This document shows positions 11,070 to 23,600 of a stretch of DNA of 64,000 bases, one piece after another. Source of the DNA: Eledone cirrhosa (taxonomy: Eukaryota). The position numbers and the translations under genes are program-made. How positions within the stretch are numbered: position 1 is the first letter of the stretch; each line of letters begins with the position of its first letter. The stretch lies in the NCBI GenBank assembly GCA_964016885.1, contig OZ024752.1, positions 21,948,001 to 22,012,000 on the forward strand, read 5' to 3'. The notes under the pieces are model-generated. The model had not been told where the DNA came from. It saw nothing but the letters and a program-made list of their open reading frames with translations, and searched no databases.

Positions 11070-13190
11070 CATCATCATCATCATTTTACGTCCGCTTTTC
11101 CCTGCTTGCAAGGGTGGGACGGGTCTTATTCAGCACAGCATCTCTCCACTCGTCACGGTCCCTCGTCATCTCCACCGTGAGCTTCAATGATCTGAGGTCT
11201 GTTCTCACCACCTCTGCCCATGTTTTTCCTGGTCTACCTCTACCACGTCTTCCTTCAACTGGCATTTCCTGGCACTTCTTCACCCATCGGTCATCCTCCA
11301 TGCGCATCTCATGTCCATACCACCTCAGTCTCCTCTCCCGTACACTACATTCTATCCCTCTCAGACACAGTTTCTCTCTCAACACATTTATGCTGGGTCG
11401 TTCACGCACATTTACACTGCACATCCAACGGAGCATGCTTGCCTCATTTCTCTCCAGCCATCGCATATCCTCTGCAGTTGATGCCCATGTCTCACTACCA
11501 TGCAGCATCGCGCTCCTCACACAGGCATTATACAACCGGCCTTTTGTACGCAGGGAGAAACCCTTCTTCGTCAGCAGAGGAAGCAGCTCCCTAAACTTCT
11601 TCCAACCCGTCCTTATTCTAGATACTATGGCCTCGGAACACCCTCCTCCCATGCTAATCTGATCTCCTAGGTACCGGAAGCTATCCACCACTTCTATAGC
11701 GCCCTCTTGCATTTGAAAAATGTGTCTATCAGTGCAACTTCTACTGTCTAATTTCCCTGTACATCTACTGCATACATATTTCTCCCTTCCTGTTAGTTTG
11801 CCTGCTATCCCGCTACATCTCTTGTGTACCCAGGATCTGCATTGTGTGCATTTTATAGAATTTATGCCAATTCCTTTTCTGCATATCGAACATGGCCATT
11901 TCCATGACGGAATCAGGGTTTTGTCCTCTTTTCTACTCATCAACACTTTTGTCCTAGCTAGATTCACTCTGTCCTCTTGCTTCCAACTGCTGTTTCCATA
12001 GCCAGAATTTATTCTCTAGCTCCTCTACTGATTCTGCTATAAGAACCAGATCGTCAGCATAGAGAAGTTCCCATGGACAGCCAGTCTTAAACTCCTCTGT
12101 TATGGCTTGGAGGACTATAATGAACAAGAGCGGGCTGAGGACCGAACCCTGATGTACTCATACTTATATCTGGAATTCCTCACTAAACTCCATTCCTACC
12201 CTGACTTTACTGAGAGTACCTCTGTACAAAGTTTTCACTGTCCTCACAAGCCATTCCTCAACACCTAGCTTCCTTAGGGACCACCAGATGACAGATCGGG
12301 GTACCCTATCAAAGGCCTTCTCTAGATCAACAAAGGCTAAGTATAGTGGCTTATTCTTCTCTAAGAATCTCTCTTGCATTTGTCTCACCAAGAAGAGGGC
12401 ATCTGTTGTACTCTTCCCAGGCACAAAACCAAACTGCATCTCATCTAGTTTGACCCTTTCTCTAATTAGTTGTGCTAAAATCCTTTCTGCCACTTTCATA
12501 ACCTGATCTATCAGTTTAATACCCCTATAATTGCTCCTCTCCAAAGCATCCCCTTTACCTTTGTAGCAATTTATGAGAATACTGCTGCACCAGTCTTTGG
12601 GTATGACACCACCATATATAGCCTGATTGATGATGCGTGCAACCAGTTTAGTGCCTACGTCCCCTGATGCCTTCAGCATCTCAGCAACTATTCCCGATGG
12701 TCCGGCCGCCTTACCATTTTTCATTTCCCTAATCGCCTCTTGGACCCTATATTCGTCAATCTCAATAGCAGGTCCCTCTGTCGGATCTACCAAGGGTAAT
12801 TTCTCTCTCTCCCATTTGTTCTCCACATTCATCAGTCTCTCATAATGACATTTCCAGGCCTCCTTTTTCTGATCATTCGTGACACTAAGTACACCGGCAT
12901 CATCCCGGACACATTTATCTCCAACAACATCCTGATTTGCATTGACACACTGCCTTGCAATGTGGAACACCGCACGCCTCTGATCTTACCGTCGCAGAAC
13001 ATTGGCAAACCTCCTACTCTCTTCCTCCCTGCGTGCTAAGTACACCTGACGTCTAGCTTCTCTCTTAGTGGCTGTATATTCTTCCCTACTCCCACCCTTT
13101 TTCCAAGCCTTCCATGCTAGTCTTTTGTCTCTAATAGCCTTATCTACTGTGCTGTTCCACCACCAGGTCACTCTCTGTCTGGTTGGAGCT
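11070..13190 (-). mobile_element. RTE-clade LINE (subfamily A), 5'-truncated, nearly complete RT with frameshifts
   Basis: ORF pieces 12986-13171, 12164-12970 (QFGF.PGKSTTDA, AFVDLEKAFDRV) and 11086-11967, with HQGSVLSP and YADD between them. The (GAT)n tail lies in (TA)n. Confidence 0.92.
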
Positions 13191-13341
13191 CGACTCTCAC
13201 TGTCCAGGGAGTGAGAGTCAGGCTAGATCGATACAGATCGAACCTTGAGTTGATCAGTGGTGAAACATGCATCGCCAACCAATAAGTGTTATGAAGGAGT
13301 AACCACTCGTCCTTGTTTTATTTTATTATATATACATATGT

Positions 13342-13460
13342 ATGAGTTCAAATCCCGTCGAGGTTAACTTTGCCTTTCATCCTTACGGGGTCAATAAAAT
13401 AAAGTACCAGTAATGCACTGGGTTATTGCTGGCCTCGAGCCAAAAATAGAAACAATTATA
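13342..13460 (+). mobile_element. tRNA-derived SINE fragment (family Y)
   Basis: B-box-like GAGTTCAAATCCC followed by CTTTGCCTTTCATCCTT.CGGGGTC.ATAAA..GCACTGGG, matching 19985-20200. Confidence 0.7.
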
Positions 13461-13635
13461 TATATGTGTGTGTGTGTTTCCCTTCAGCCAGTCTTTCTCT
13501 TTTGACACTTTTCTCCCACCTCATTCCCTCCGTTAATACTTTCTCTCTCCCTTCTTTCTCCCCTTTATCTTTTTGCTCTTTCCCTTTCTCTAAACCACCC
13601 AATTATACCCACCACTCATCTGCCCATCTAAATAG

Positions 13636-13810
13636 TCAATTCTTGACCTGTTAGAAATAGCAGCAAAGTTCTCTCGAATCACACACTATCGTAATAAAAT
13701 AAGGAAAGGAGACATTTGATAATATAATCATAGATATCATTAAAAAGACAGGATAGTCTGTCTTTGATCATAGACATGCCTCATCAGTGCTGATCTAGAA
13801 TTATCCAACC
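13636..13810 (+). mobile_element. SINE-like repeat (family X)
   Basis: TTGACCTGTTAGAAATAGCAGC..ACATTTGATAAT..GTCTTTGATCATAG. Confidence 0.55.
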
Positions 13811-14250
13811 CTAACTCAGTTTATGTATATACAAACCCTAAATCTCTGGACCCTAGTGTATGTACAAAACATCACTCTGTCATGTCAGGCTTCTACTTAT
13901 TATTGGTACCATTTAACCTAGTATAACCTGCTTGATGGTCAATATTCCAGTCAGGCTTCTGCTTGCTAATGGAACCATTTAAACTGTTTCATGGTCGAGT
14001 GCTCAGTTACTTAACCGGCTCCCCCGCCAGCCACTGGTTGGGTGAGGAGGCCATCCACTCCAATGGCCAAACAGCTTAAATAGCATTTCCAACCTGCAAT
14101 ATATATATAACAGTACATATGTGGGTTTGATTAAAGGGGACATAAAACCAGCAGGGTGATGAACATATTAATTACGGGTGGAACGGTGAATGCAAATTAA
14201 TTAAAAGAAATAAATCAAAGTGTACAAACCAGCCACTATAATTATGTATA

Positions 14251-14340
14251 AAGGGCGGTGGATTGGCAATATCAGTAGAGGGTCAGACGCCATGCTTTGG
14301 AGCATAGAGTTATGGTCCTTTACGGTCTGAGTTCAAATCA
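14251..14340 (+). mobile_element. tRNA-derived SINE head (family Y), cut off by the adjacent Tx1 fragment
   Basis: GGCGGTGGATTGGCA..GTAGAG..GCATAGAGTTA.GG.CCTTTA.G.TCTGAGTTCAAATC is similar to 19985-20070. Confidence 0.6.
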
Positions 14341-16843
14341 AGTTTCAATAGGCCTGGGTGGTGGAGACGCGACATGGCAACAAATCCACAATTCAGTCTT
14401 TGCCTGATCAAGAATATGGACTTCGGTGCATACCTCGACGGACTGCTGCGGCTCTCGACGACCGCAGCGCAGTGCTGCGAAAAGCCAATAACAGCAGGTG
14501 AAATATGAGAAGTGATGTCTGACTGCACGAGGGGTAAATCGCCAGGTTTGGATGGTCTGCCCTGCGAGCTTTATGCGTATATGCCAGACTTGTTCGGCGA
14601 CCTCTTGGCAGATGTCTACTGCAACTGGCAGCAGAATGGGAGCATTCCCAGTTTTGTGAGCCAGGGGGCGGTGGCGCTGCTGAGAAAAGACCCGAACAAG
14701 AGGGACGTTATAGACAACTTCAGGCCCATAACTCTGTTAAACGCAGAGTTCAAGATTTTGGCCAAGGTGTTAGCAACGAGATTGGCGTTTGTCATCGGTA
14801 ATCTGGTGGGAGAGGCGCCATTCTGGACAGATCAATCCACGACAACCTCCATCTTATGTGATACATCATAGAGAGTGTGGTTAAGGAACTTGGCATGAGT
14901 GGGGCCCTGATCAACTTGGATCAATCTAAAGCATTTGATAGGATCGACCATCGGTACCTGGCTGTGGTCCTCGAGCCGTTTTTAGGGGCTGGATCGCTGA
15001 GATGCACAGCGACACAGCGACATCTGCATGATTGTGAGGGTGAATGGTCACCTGTCACAGCCGTTCAGCATCATGCGCTCGGTCCGCCAGGGTTGTCCCA
15101 TCTCGTCCCTCTTGTACGTACTGGCCCTCGAGCCATTACTGCACAAATTGGAGACCATGAGGGGGCTCCCTCACGAACTCGGATGTGGGAGATCCGTATC
15201 GGCTTACGCCGACGATGTCACCGTGGTGGTGTCAAGCACCAGAGATGTCCAGATGCTCGGCACTGCTCTCAAGGAATACAAAGCGGTGACAGGAGCAAAG
15301 ATAAACCAGGAAAAGTCGGTGGGCTTGCAACTCGGCACCTGGAGAGGCAAGTCCATGCTGTCCAACAGCGTCGTGGGGCGCTGGACAGAAGGACCGGTTA
15401 AATTGCTCGGGGTCTGTTTCGGTTCGGACCTCCAGATGGAGAAAAACTGGAGTGAAGTGACAAGCAGGGTGGCTTCTCTCACCCAGAAATGGGCCGAGAG
15501 GAGGCTGTCTCTGAAAGGTCGGGCAGAGGTGGCGAATGCGTTCATCGCATCCGTCATCTGCTACCACCTGGCCGTTGTACCTTGCCCCCGTCCAACTCTG
15601 ACCAAAATGGATCGCCTTCTCTTCCACTTTTTGTGGAAGGGACGTGCTCCCATGGTCAGACGATCCATCTGCTGTCAGAACCCGTTGCGTAGAGGACTGG
15701 ACATGCCGTGGCTGATGATGCACAAACATGCGCTGAGGCTGCGACATCTCTGGTCCTTCCTTGACGGTGAACAGGTGTGGTCGTCATTTGCCAGACACGC
15801 TCTTTGACGGAGCTGTAGTCCTGGATCAGGAAAAGACTGAGGGATAGCGCTTGGAAGCTGGAATGTCTCCAAGCGCTCACCGCCCTCTACCAGCTGGGCA
15901 CTGATATCGGTGGAACATCCACGTCAACGTTCTATAGAGGGCTAGTGGAGGAGAAGAGTGACGACATTCCCTGGGAGACCCTGGGTGTCGAAGACAATCA
16001 ACTGTTCGCTCTCTTCAAGAGAACTTTCAGCCCGGGACCTCTGGACAACTTCCAGAAATCCCTGGCCTGGCAGTGCTATCGGTGAGCGTTGCTGGATCGG
16101 GATAAGCTCTACAGGCACGGAGGTGCTGCCAGCCGATCCTGTCTGAGATGCGCGCAGGGCAACGAAACCGTCCTGCATGCACTCGTTCAGTGCCCAAGGG
16201 TTGCTGACTTGTGGAGCTATGTCGAACAGTTGCTGTCACGTGTAGGACGGATCCAGTTATCGACTGAGTCCATTGTGCAGATATCCCCGCCATCCTCCTT
16301 TAAAGAGGAGGAAGGACAGACAGTTTTCATCTGCCTGGTGGCCATGGCGAAAGAGATTGTGTGGTGGACAAGGTTGAAAGGGTTGAAGACGGACATTTTC
16401 CTCTCCGGCGAATGCCTGATTAACTTTTTCAAGTTTCACTTGAAAAGGAAAATCAGAGTGGAGAGGCAAGTGCTGCCTTCTAGCAAGTTTGTTGAAAGGT
16501 GGGTGAATGTAGCGAGAATGGTCCGAGTGAACAGGCCTGCTCTGAGTACGCACCTGTAGACTGAGGAGTGGGAAAACTGAGAGAGGGCGCTTGCCCTGGT
16601 AGTCAGGGTGGCCGTGGCCTTTTGTGTGGTTTTTGCCACGAGTGATTCTCGGAGGCTTCCCCCTTTTAGAGGAATTTTTGTTGTTTGAATTTTTTAATTT
16701 GTTTTGTATACATTTCTGTCTTGTTATAACCTTTTTACACAGCCAAAATCAACTTTGTATCGTCCAGTGCCGTTGTGTCGTCTACAAAGTTTTTCTTCAT
16801 GTTAGCTCTTGTGGCCAATAAAGAAACTATTATTATTATTATT
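14341..16843 (+). mobile_element. Tx1/L1-clade LINE, 5'-truncated ORF2 (RT + C-terminal Zn knuckle), degenerate
   Basis: GKSPGLDGLP, NFRPITLLN, LDQSKAFDR, VRQGCPIS, YADD and CLRC....ETVLHAL.QCP motifs. The 3' end has AATAAA and a (TAT)n tail. Confidence 0.9.
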
Positions 16844-16853
16844 ACATATATAT

Positions 16854-17526
16854 ATTGGGTACACAAGAGGTGTAGTGGGATAGCAGGCAAACTAACAGGA
16901 AAGGAAAATTTCATATGTAGTAGATGTTCAGGGAAAATTGATAGAAGTGTCAGTGGTAGACACATTTTTTGAACACATGTAGGATCTATAGAGGTGGTTG
17001 ATAGCTTCCGATACCTAGGTGATCAGATTAACAAGGGAGGAGGATACGCCAAGTCAATATTATATAGAATAAGGACAGGATGGAAGAAGTTTAGAGAGCT
17101 GCTTCCTCTTTTGACAATGATGCTGCATGGTAGTGAGACATGGACAGCAACTACAGAGGATATGCGAAGGCTGGAGAGAAATGAAAGAGGCATGCTCCAA
17201 TGGATGTGTAATGTCAATGTGCATGAACAACCCAGCATGGGCGAGTTGAGAGTGAAACTGTGTATAAGAGGAATAAACTGTAGTTTGTGGGAGAAGACTG
17301 CGTTGGTATGGCCATGTGATGCACATGGAAGATGATCTCTGGGTGAAGAAGTGCCAATAAATCCCAGTGGAAGGAAGACCACAAAAAACATGGGCGGAGG
17401 TGGTGAGAGCTGACCTCAGATCGTTGAAGCTCACAGAGGAGATGACAAGGGACCGTGACGAATGGAGAGATGCTGTGCTGAAGAGGACCCGTCCCAACCT
17501 TGTAAGCAATGATGATGATGATGATA
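16854..17526 (+). mobile_element. RTE-clade LINE 3' fragment (A-related), (GAT)n tail
   Basis: WVHKRCSG, VDSFRYLGDQI, WKKFRELLPLL, SETW and KTWAEVVR motifs, with small internal deletions. Confidence 0.85.
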
Positions 17527-17529
17527 TTA

Positions 17530-18869
17530 TGGCAGATGAAATCCTCAGAATCAATGGCCATCCACCGAAACTATGGGTTAAATACCAGAACCTCTGGAGA
17601 TGACATCGGGATAGGAGAGCTTGCACCAGAAATTCTGGTATTGAAATCCAGGACTTGATAATGGCAATAAAAGACAGACCCACGTGGAGTTCAATCTCCG
17701 AAAAGCTCCAGTAGGACGCCAGTCCACCGAACGTTTCGGCACCATATGCAAAGGCGAGGCCCACGGACTGGTAGAAGGGCGAACGATACCCAATTGCAGC
17801 ATATGATAGCCGCTTTCAATTTTTCCGGAGAGACGACACAGGCTTGAAAAAACTGGAGCACCCTTTGTCTCAATAAAATGCTTGGTAGAGTGAGTATGGG
17901 TATCCACCACAACGTTCAAATTAGTTAATTCTGGAAAGGAATGTAAAAGCGCATGGTAAGGGTCATCCGAAGCAGCGATGAAGAAGACTGGACTGATGGA
18001 CGGAATTGTTGATGTATGTCCAGACACAGAAAGATCCGTAGTCGCGTCCAATAAATGACGTGTCTGCATATCCACCATAAGATTATAATGGTGCAACAAA
18101 TCGCCACCCGGAATAGGATATGGCAAATCCGCTATGGTGAAAATCCATGTTAAATTCCTACATAAATCCAGGTCCAAAGAGCGAAAGATTTGTCCATACA
18201 TGGGAATAGAAGAATGGTTGACGGCTTGTAGGTTTCTCTCTCAAAAGCTTTAATGGCCAAATGCTGCATGCCACCCCTGTGTCAATCAGACAGCGTGCGT
18301 GAGAGAATGAATTGGTGATGAAAAATACACGATTGTTCATGTACGACGGCAGAGAAGGTGCCGTGCTCAGTTCTCCAGCGATTGGTTTCCCTGCTTGGCA
18401 CTAGAACAGGGCTGGATACACTTATGTGCCGTTGTTCCAAAACGCTCTTGATACCAACATAATGGCGATGGCGAAGGTCGAGAATGACGATGTGACGAGT
18501 GCGAGTGATTGGCGAAGATAAATCTCATTCTACGTAACAAAGTGTTACTTCCTGTGGCTAATGATTTTGTAATGGTTACTTCCCTTGGCAGAAAGAAAAA
18601 GGAAAATAAACGTCTCTTTGTTTTCTTTAAAATACACCGAATTGATAAAGAGTTAATTATTCAAGTCTGTAAGTCTGGAGCGCACATTCACTGGGCATGT
18701 TCAAGCCAAAACGAAAGCACAGGAACAGACAAAGAAGAAGATGCATCACCATATTGAAAAAATAATTCTGTCCCGAAAGCGCGCAAAAAGACGATGGAGA
18801 AGACAAGGTAAACGGCCATATTGAATTTGGTTCCCATGTGTGAAAAAAAACGTTTGTTCGGGTCACCAT
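17530..18869 (-). mobile_element. Gypsy LTR retrotransposon relic (CsRn1-like), internally deleted
   Basis: On the minus strand: PBS-like TGGTGACCCG (18869-18860), Gag knuckle LCWYQERFGTTAHKCIQPC, protease LIDTG, W.F.IADL..PI.G.D.L.HY.L.VD, and RT start MLQLGIVRPSTSPWASPLHMVPK..DWRP.G.FRRLN. Confidence 0.85.
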
Positions 18870-19984
18870 TTATAACAAAAGGAGTGTGAAATGCATATTT
18901 ATACTTTTCAGTAATTACAGATGAGTTGGAACATTTACCGACACTTGTTGTATCACATATAAAAGTACAATTTAATCCTTGTAAGATAAGGCTTCAAGGA
19001 AATACCTTTGTCCGTGGTGATTCTTCCTTAATACATGCAACATGATACCAATATATAAATAATTATGCCTTCGTCACCCAATATGTTATATAAACATTTA
19101 TTGTTCATAGACCAAATATATAAACAGTAACTAGCCATACATTTGCTAAGTCAGCCAAGGCTAGAAAGAAACTTCCTAGAACAATACAGGAAATGCTGAA
19201 TACATCTTTGTTGATAATATTCCGTACTTCTTCATAGGCAAATATGTAGGATACATTCAGTAGTAGATCTTCTTATGTTGGCAGTCTGAATTTTATCAGT
19301 TTACTAGATCCGAAGTAACAATGTATTCATGCGCGACTAACATGATTGGTCAATTTTACCAAATCGTGTATGAAATATTGTTATTGCGAGGTATGAAGTA
19401 ATTCCACTACAGACCCTACACACAGTATATGTATATAGGAACCCCAACTCTCTGGACCCTACACACAATGTAAATATATACAAACCCACACAGTATGATA
19501 TTATACAAATAAAGTGGATCCACATTGATTCTTCAAATTGTAAGCCAACAGCAACACTTCAATGTGTTTATCCTGAAACATGAGGATTAATGGACCTACT
19601 CTGTCATTGCTTTTATAAGCAGGAGGGAAGAAACCAGGTGAGAATGGTCACTTTTAATGTCCTTGATGTGACAGAGTAATCTAGGATTTTGTAGGTTTCC
19701 CTGGAATTGCTCTAAGGAATTGTTCCCTCCTTTTGTAAAAGTTTTCCTTGTAAACTTTTATTATATGTATATTTTAAAAAATTATTATTATGGTTAATTT
19801 TTGTAAATCTCAGACACTTAGATGTTAAACAATCTGGATATTTCAGTTAGAGAGCACTCAACAAGTTAACGAAGGTCCCTCACTACATCCTCTCCTGCGT
19901 CTTACATGGGCAAGACTTTGGTTAAATTCCTTGCTGTACCAAGAAGTGCTGTCTTCTGTGTGACCTTTATCATTATCATTGTTA

Positions 19985-20200
19985 AGGTCGGCGAATAGGC
20001 AGTATTGGTAGAGTCTCATACACCTTGTTCGCGGCATAGAGTTACGGCCCTTTATGTTCTGAGATCAAATCGTGCAGAGCTGAGCTTTGCTTTCGTCCTT
20101 ATGGGGTCGATCAAATTAAAGCATGAGTCACGCACTGGGGTCAATTTAGTTGACTTTCCATTTCCTTTCAAATTGCTGGCCTTATGTAGAGACAATAATT
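19985..20200 (+). mobile_element. tRNA-derived SINE (family Y), degenerate full length
   Basis: Its head and body match the 14251 and 13342 fragments. Confidence 0.65.
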
Positions 20201-20224
20201 ATTATCATTGTTATTGTTGTTGTT

Positions 20225-20425
20225 GTTTATTGTTGTTGTATCTACGGTTTCTTATGTTGATTTTTCCTCCTTTTTCCATGCACGCATGTATCTGTGCATA
20301 TATCATGACTCATACACTGTTCACTTTCCTGACATTTGTACATTATTCTATGTACTATACATGCGCCTTTGATGAGTTGTAGTGCACCTGAGAACTGTAC
20401 ACAATAATTTCATTATTATCATTAT
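20225..20425 (+). mobile_element. 3' end of an unclassified non-LTR element with (ATT)n tail
   Basis: Ends TGTACACAATAATTTCATTATTATCATT. The same terminus occurs reverse-complemented at 49041-49069. Confidence 0.45.
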
Positions 20426-20640
20426 TTTATATGTAAAACAATATAAGGCTGAAAAACACTGACTGGATACCTTTCCTAACACCAAACACCTTACAGAGAT
20501 TACTAGGTGTATTTTATGGCAGCATCAGACCCGGGGAGGTTGTCATGTCATTAACATAATTGAAGAGGCTTCTCAACACATTGTTTCACATGAGTTTTAC
20601 ACAACAGTAAAAATAAATAAATAAATATGCATTGGATAAT

Positions 20641-23600
20641 CTATAGATAGATAGATAGATTTCTTTATTTTCCACAAGGGCGCACAAGAAAGGGGACAAT
20701 ACAAAGACATGCTGGGGATTTTACATACAGTCGTGTAAAAAATATAAACAAACAATTATAACAATCGAAATCCCCAATAGGGGGGAAGCGCCACAAATGG
20801 GTTGTTTAATAACCCGTCGATAGAACAACCCTCAACTCCAGGAGCGTGTTGTGCAAGTGCCCCTTTCTTCCTTTTGCTCCCTTCTTTAACCTACAGGCTT
20901 TTAAACAGAGAAGGCACAATCACTCGGGCCATTTTCGCTTCATTCACCCACCTTTCAGTAAATTTACTGGGGTGCAATGCCTCTCTCTCCACTCTGATTC
21001 TCCTTCTCAAGTGATACTTAAAGAAGGGAATCAATTGTTGTCCGGAGAGAAAGGCATCTGTTCTCAGACCTCTCAATCTCGTCCACCATATAACTTCTTT
21101 CACCATAGCCACTGTACAGAGGAAAACCGCATCTCTTTCGTTTTTGAAAGAGGCTGGCGGTTTGATCCTTACTATGGACTCGGCAGTCAACTGATTTGTC
21201 CCATACGCGACAGCAGTTGTTCTGCATAGTTCCACAGGTCGGTTACGCCCGGGCAGTGTACAATTGCATGCAGGACTGTTTCAATGTCCTGCGCGCATCT
21301 TCGACACATCCTCTTGGAAGGATCCCTGCTGGGGCGTCCGTGCCTGTAGATCTTGTCATGAACCGATAGAGCTCATCAGTAGCACTGCCAGGCCAGGGAC
21401 CTCTGGAAGTTGTCCATAGGTCCCGGGCGGAAAGTCCTACCAAACAGACTGGTGAGCTCGTCGTCTTCGACGCCCAGAGTCTCTCCGAGCACGTCGTTGC
21501 CCTTGTAACGTACAATCCCTCTATAGAATGTCGAAGTGGGGTCTCCACTGATTGCTGCGCCCGCTTGCCAGAGGACTAGCGCCTGAGCGCATTCAATGTG
21601 CCAGGCGCCCATCGTTTTCGGTCTTTTCTTAACCCAGGACTGCAGCTCTGTCAGCGAGACGAGCTGTGGGAAAGCCTGTCTCACAAACGGTGCCCACACC
21701 GGTTGGGGATCGGTGAAGAATACCCGGAGATGCCACAGCCTCAGCGCATGTTTGCGCATCATCAGCCACGGCATTCCCAGCCCTCCGTTGGAAGGGTGCT
21801 GACAGCAGACGGATCTCCTCACCAGCGGAGCCTGCTTCTTCCACAGAAACTGGAAGAGCATGCGTTCTATCTTGGCGAGGTGTTCACGGGGACAAGGCAT
21901 GACAGTCAAGCGGTAGTAGATGACGGAGGCTATGAAAGTGTTCGCCACCTCCACTCAACCTTTCAAGGACAGTTTGCACTCTGCCCACTTCTGGGTGAGT
22001 GCAAACACCTTGGCCGTGACCTCGTTCCAGTTTTTCTCCACCTGGAGGTCTGGACCGAACCAGACCCCGAGCAATTTCACCGGTCTGTCCGTCCAGCGTC
22101 CAACGACGCTGTTGGACATCATCGGTTTGCCTCTCCACGTACCGAGTTGCAAACCAACAGACTTGTCCGGGTTTAGTTTTGCTCCCGTCAGCGTTTCGTA
22201 TTCTTTCAGTAAGATGCCAATCACCTCAATTTCCGAGGTGTTCGACACCATTACCGTCACGTCGTCGGCATAATCCAACGCCGCTTTGCGCAGTCCCGGT
22301 TCTAGGGGGATGCCCTGCAACAGCTCCAATTTCCACAGTAGTGGCTCTAGAGTCAATATGTACAGAATGGAGGAGAGAGGGCATCCCTGTCAAATGGAAC
22401 GCGTGATTGCAAACGGCTACCTATTGGAGCACACCAGCATCTGCTCGAGGGTCAAGATGAACGGCTACCTATCGGAGCCGTTCACCTTGACCCTTGAGCA
22501 GATGCTGGTGTGCATCGCCTCGATCCAGCCTCTGAAAACGGGACCGAAACCGGCCGCATTGAGAACCGCTTCCAAGTATCGATGGTCAACCCTATCGAAT
22601 GCTTTAGACTGATCTAAATTGATCAGAGCCCCACCGAAGCCGGGTTTACTACCCACCCTCTCTATGATGTATCGCATGAGGTGGAGGTTGTCGTGTATGG
22701 ACCTGGTCGGGATTGCACACGTTTGCGCTTTCCCTACCAGGTTCTCGACGACAAGCGCCAACCTCGTCGCTAGCACCTTGGCCAAAATCTTTAACTCTGT
22801 GTTGAGCAGAGTTATTGTTCTTGTCTTTCCTGATCAGCGTTACTACGCCCTTGCCTGCAGAACTGGGAATTCTCCCGTTCTGCTGCCAATTACAGTAGAC
22901 GGCTTCGAGAACGCCAGAGAACAAGTCCGACATGCCTATGTAAAACTCATAGGGTAGACCATCTAGACCGGGTGACTTGCGTTTCCCACAGTGGCCCAGA
23001 GCGTCCCGTATCTCAGTGTTCGTGATCGGTCTTTTACAGTACTCGGCGTCCGTGTTCGAGAGACGCGGCAGGCCGTCGAGGTATGAACTAAAGTCCATTG
23101 CCCCGTTCGGCTCACCGTTGTTTTGCTCAAACAGTCGCGCAAAGTGCTGCTGAAAGGCCGTGCACATTTGCTTGGGGTCAAGTAGCACGCGTCCGTTTTG
23201 GTCTTTCAAAGACTGAATCGTGAACTTGTTGCTACTTTTTGCCTCCGCCACTCGGGCCCAGCTGACAGCTTTCGCTCCTTCGTTTCCTAGAGCACGTGTT
23301 TTGCTTCTGACCACGCAGCCTTCGTGTTTCACATCGAAGAACTGGTCCAGTGCCGTTCTCAATGCTAACACTCTAGCCGCGTCGCCACTTCTAAGTGCCT
23401 CCTCTTTCTTGGCTACTAGTTCTCTTTCTATTTTGTTTTTCTCTAAGGCTAACTCTCTGCTAAACCCTATCGATTCTATTCTAATTGCTTTCTTGAGAGA
23501 GTACCACCATCTATTGTTGACGATGGCTCCCGTTAACTGTTGCTTGACTAGTATACTTATCCGTTCACTGTAAGCTTTACGTGTCGTTGCCGGCACGTTC

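Noticed and set aside
13191-13295. 10-bp hairpin and GAAACATGCATC at the RTE 5' junction
   Set aside because: There is no CUGANGA box, which is too little to classify.
18870-19330. Possible LTR(s) and a second PBS-like site (~19070-19080) beside the Gypsy relic
   Set aside because: No paired LTR or clear TG..CA boundaries are visible.
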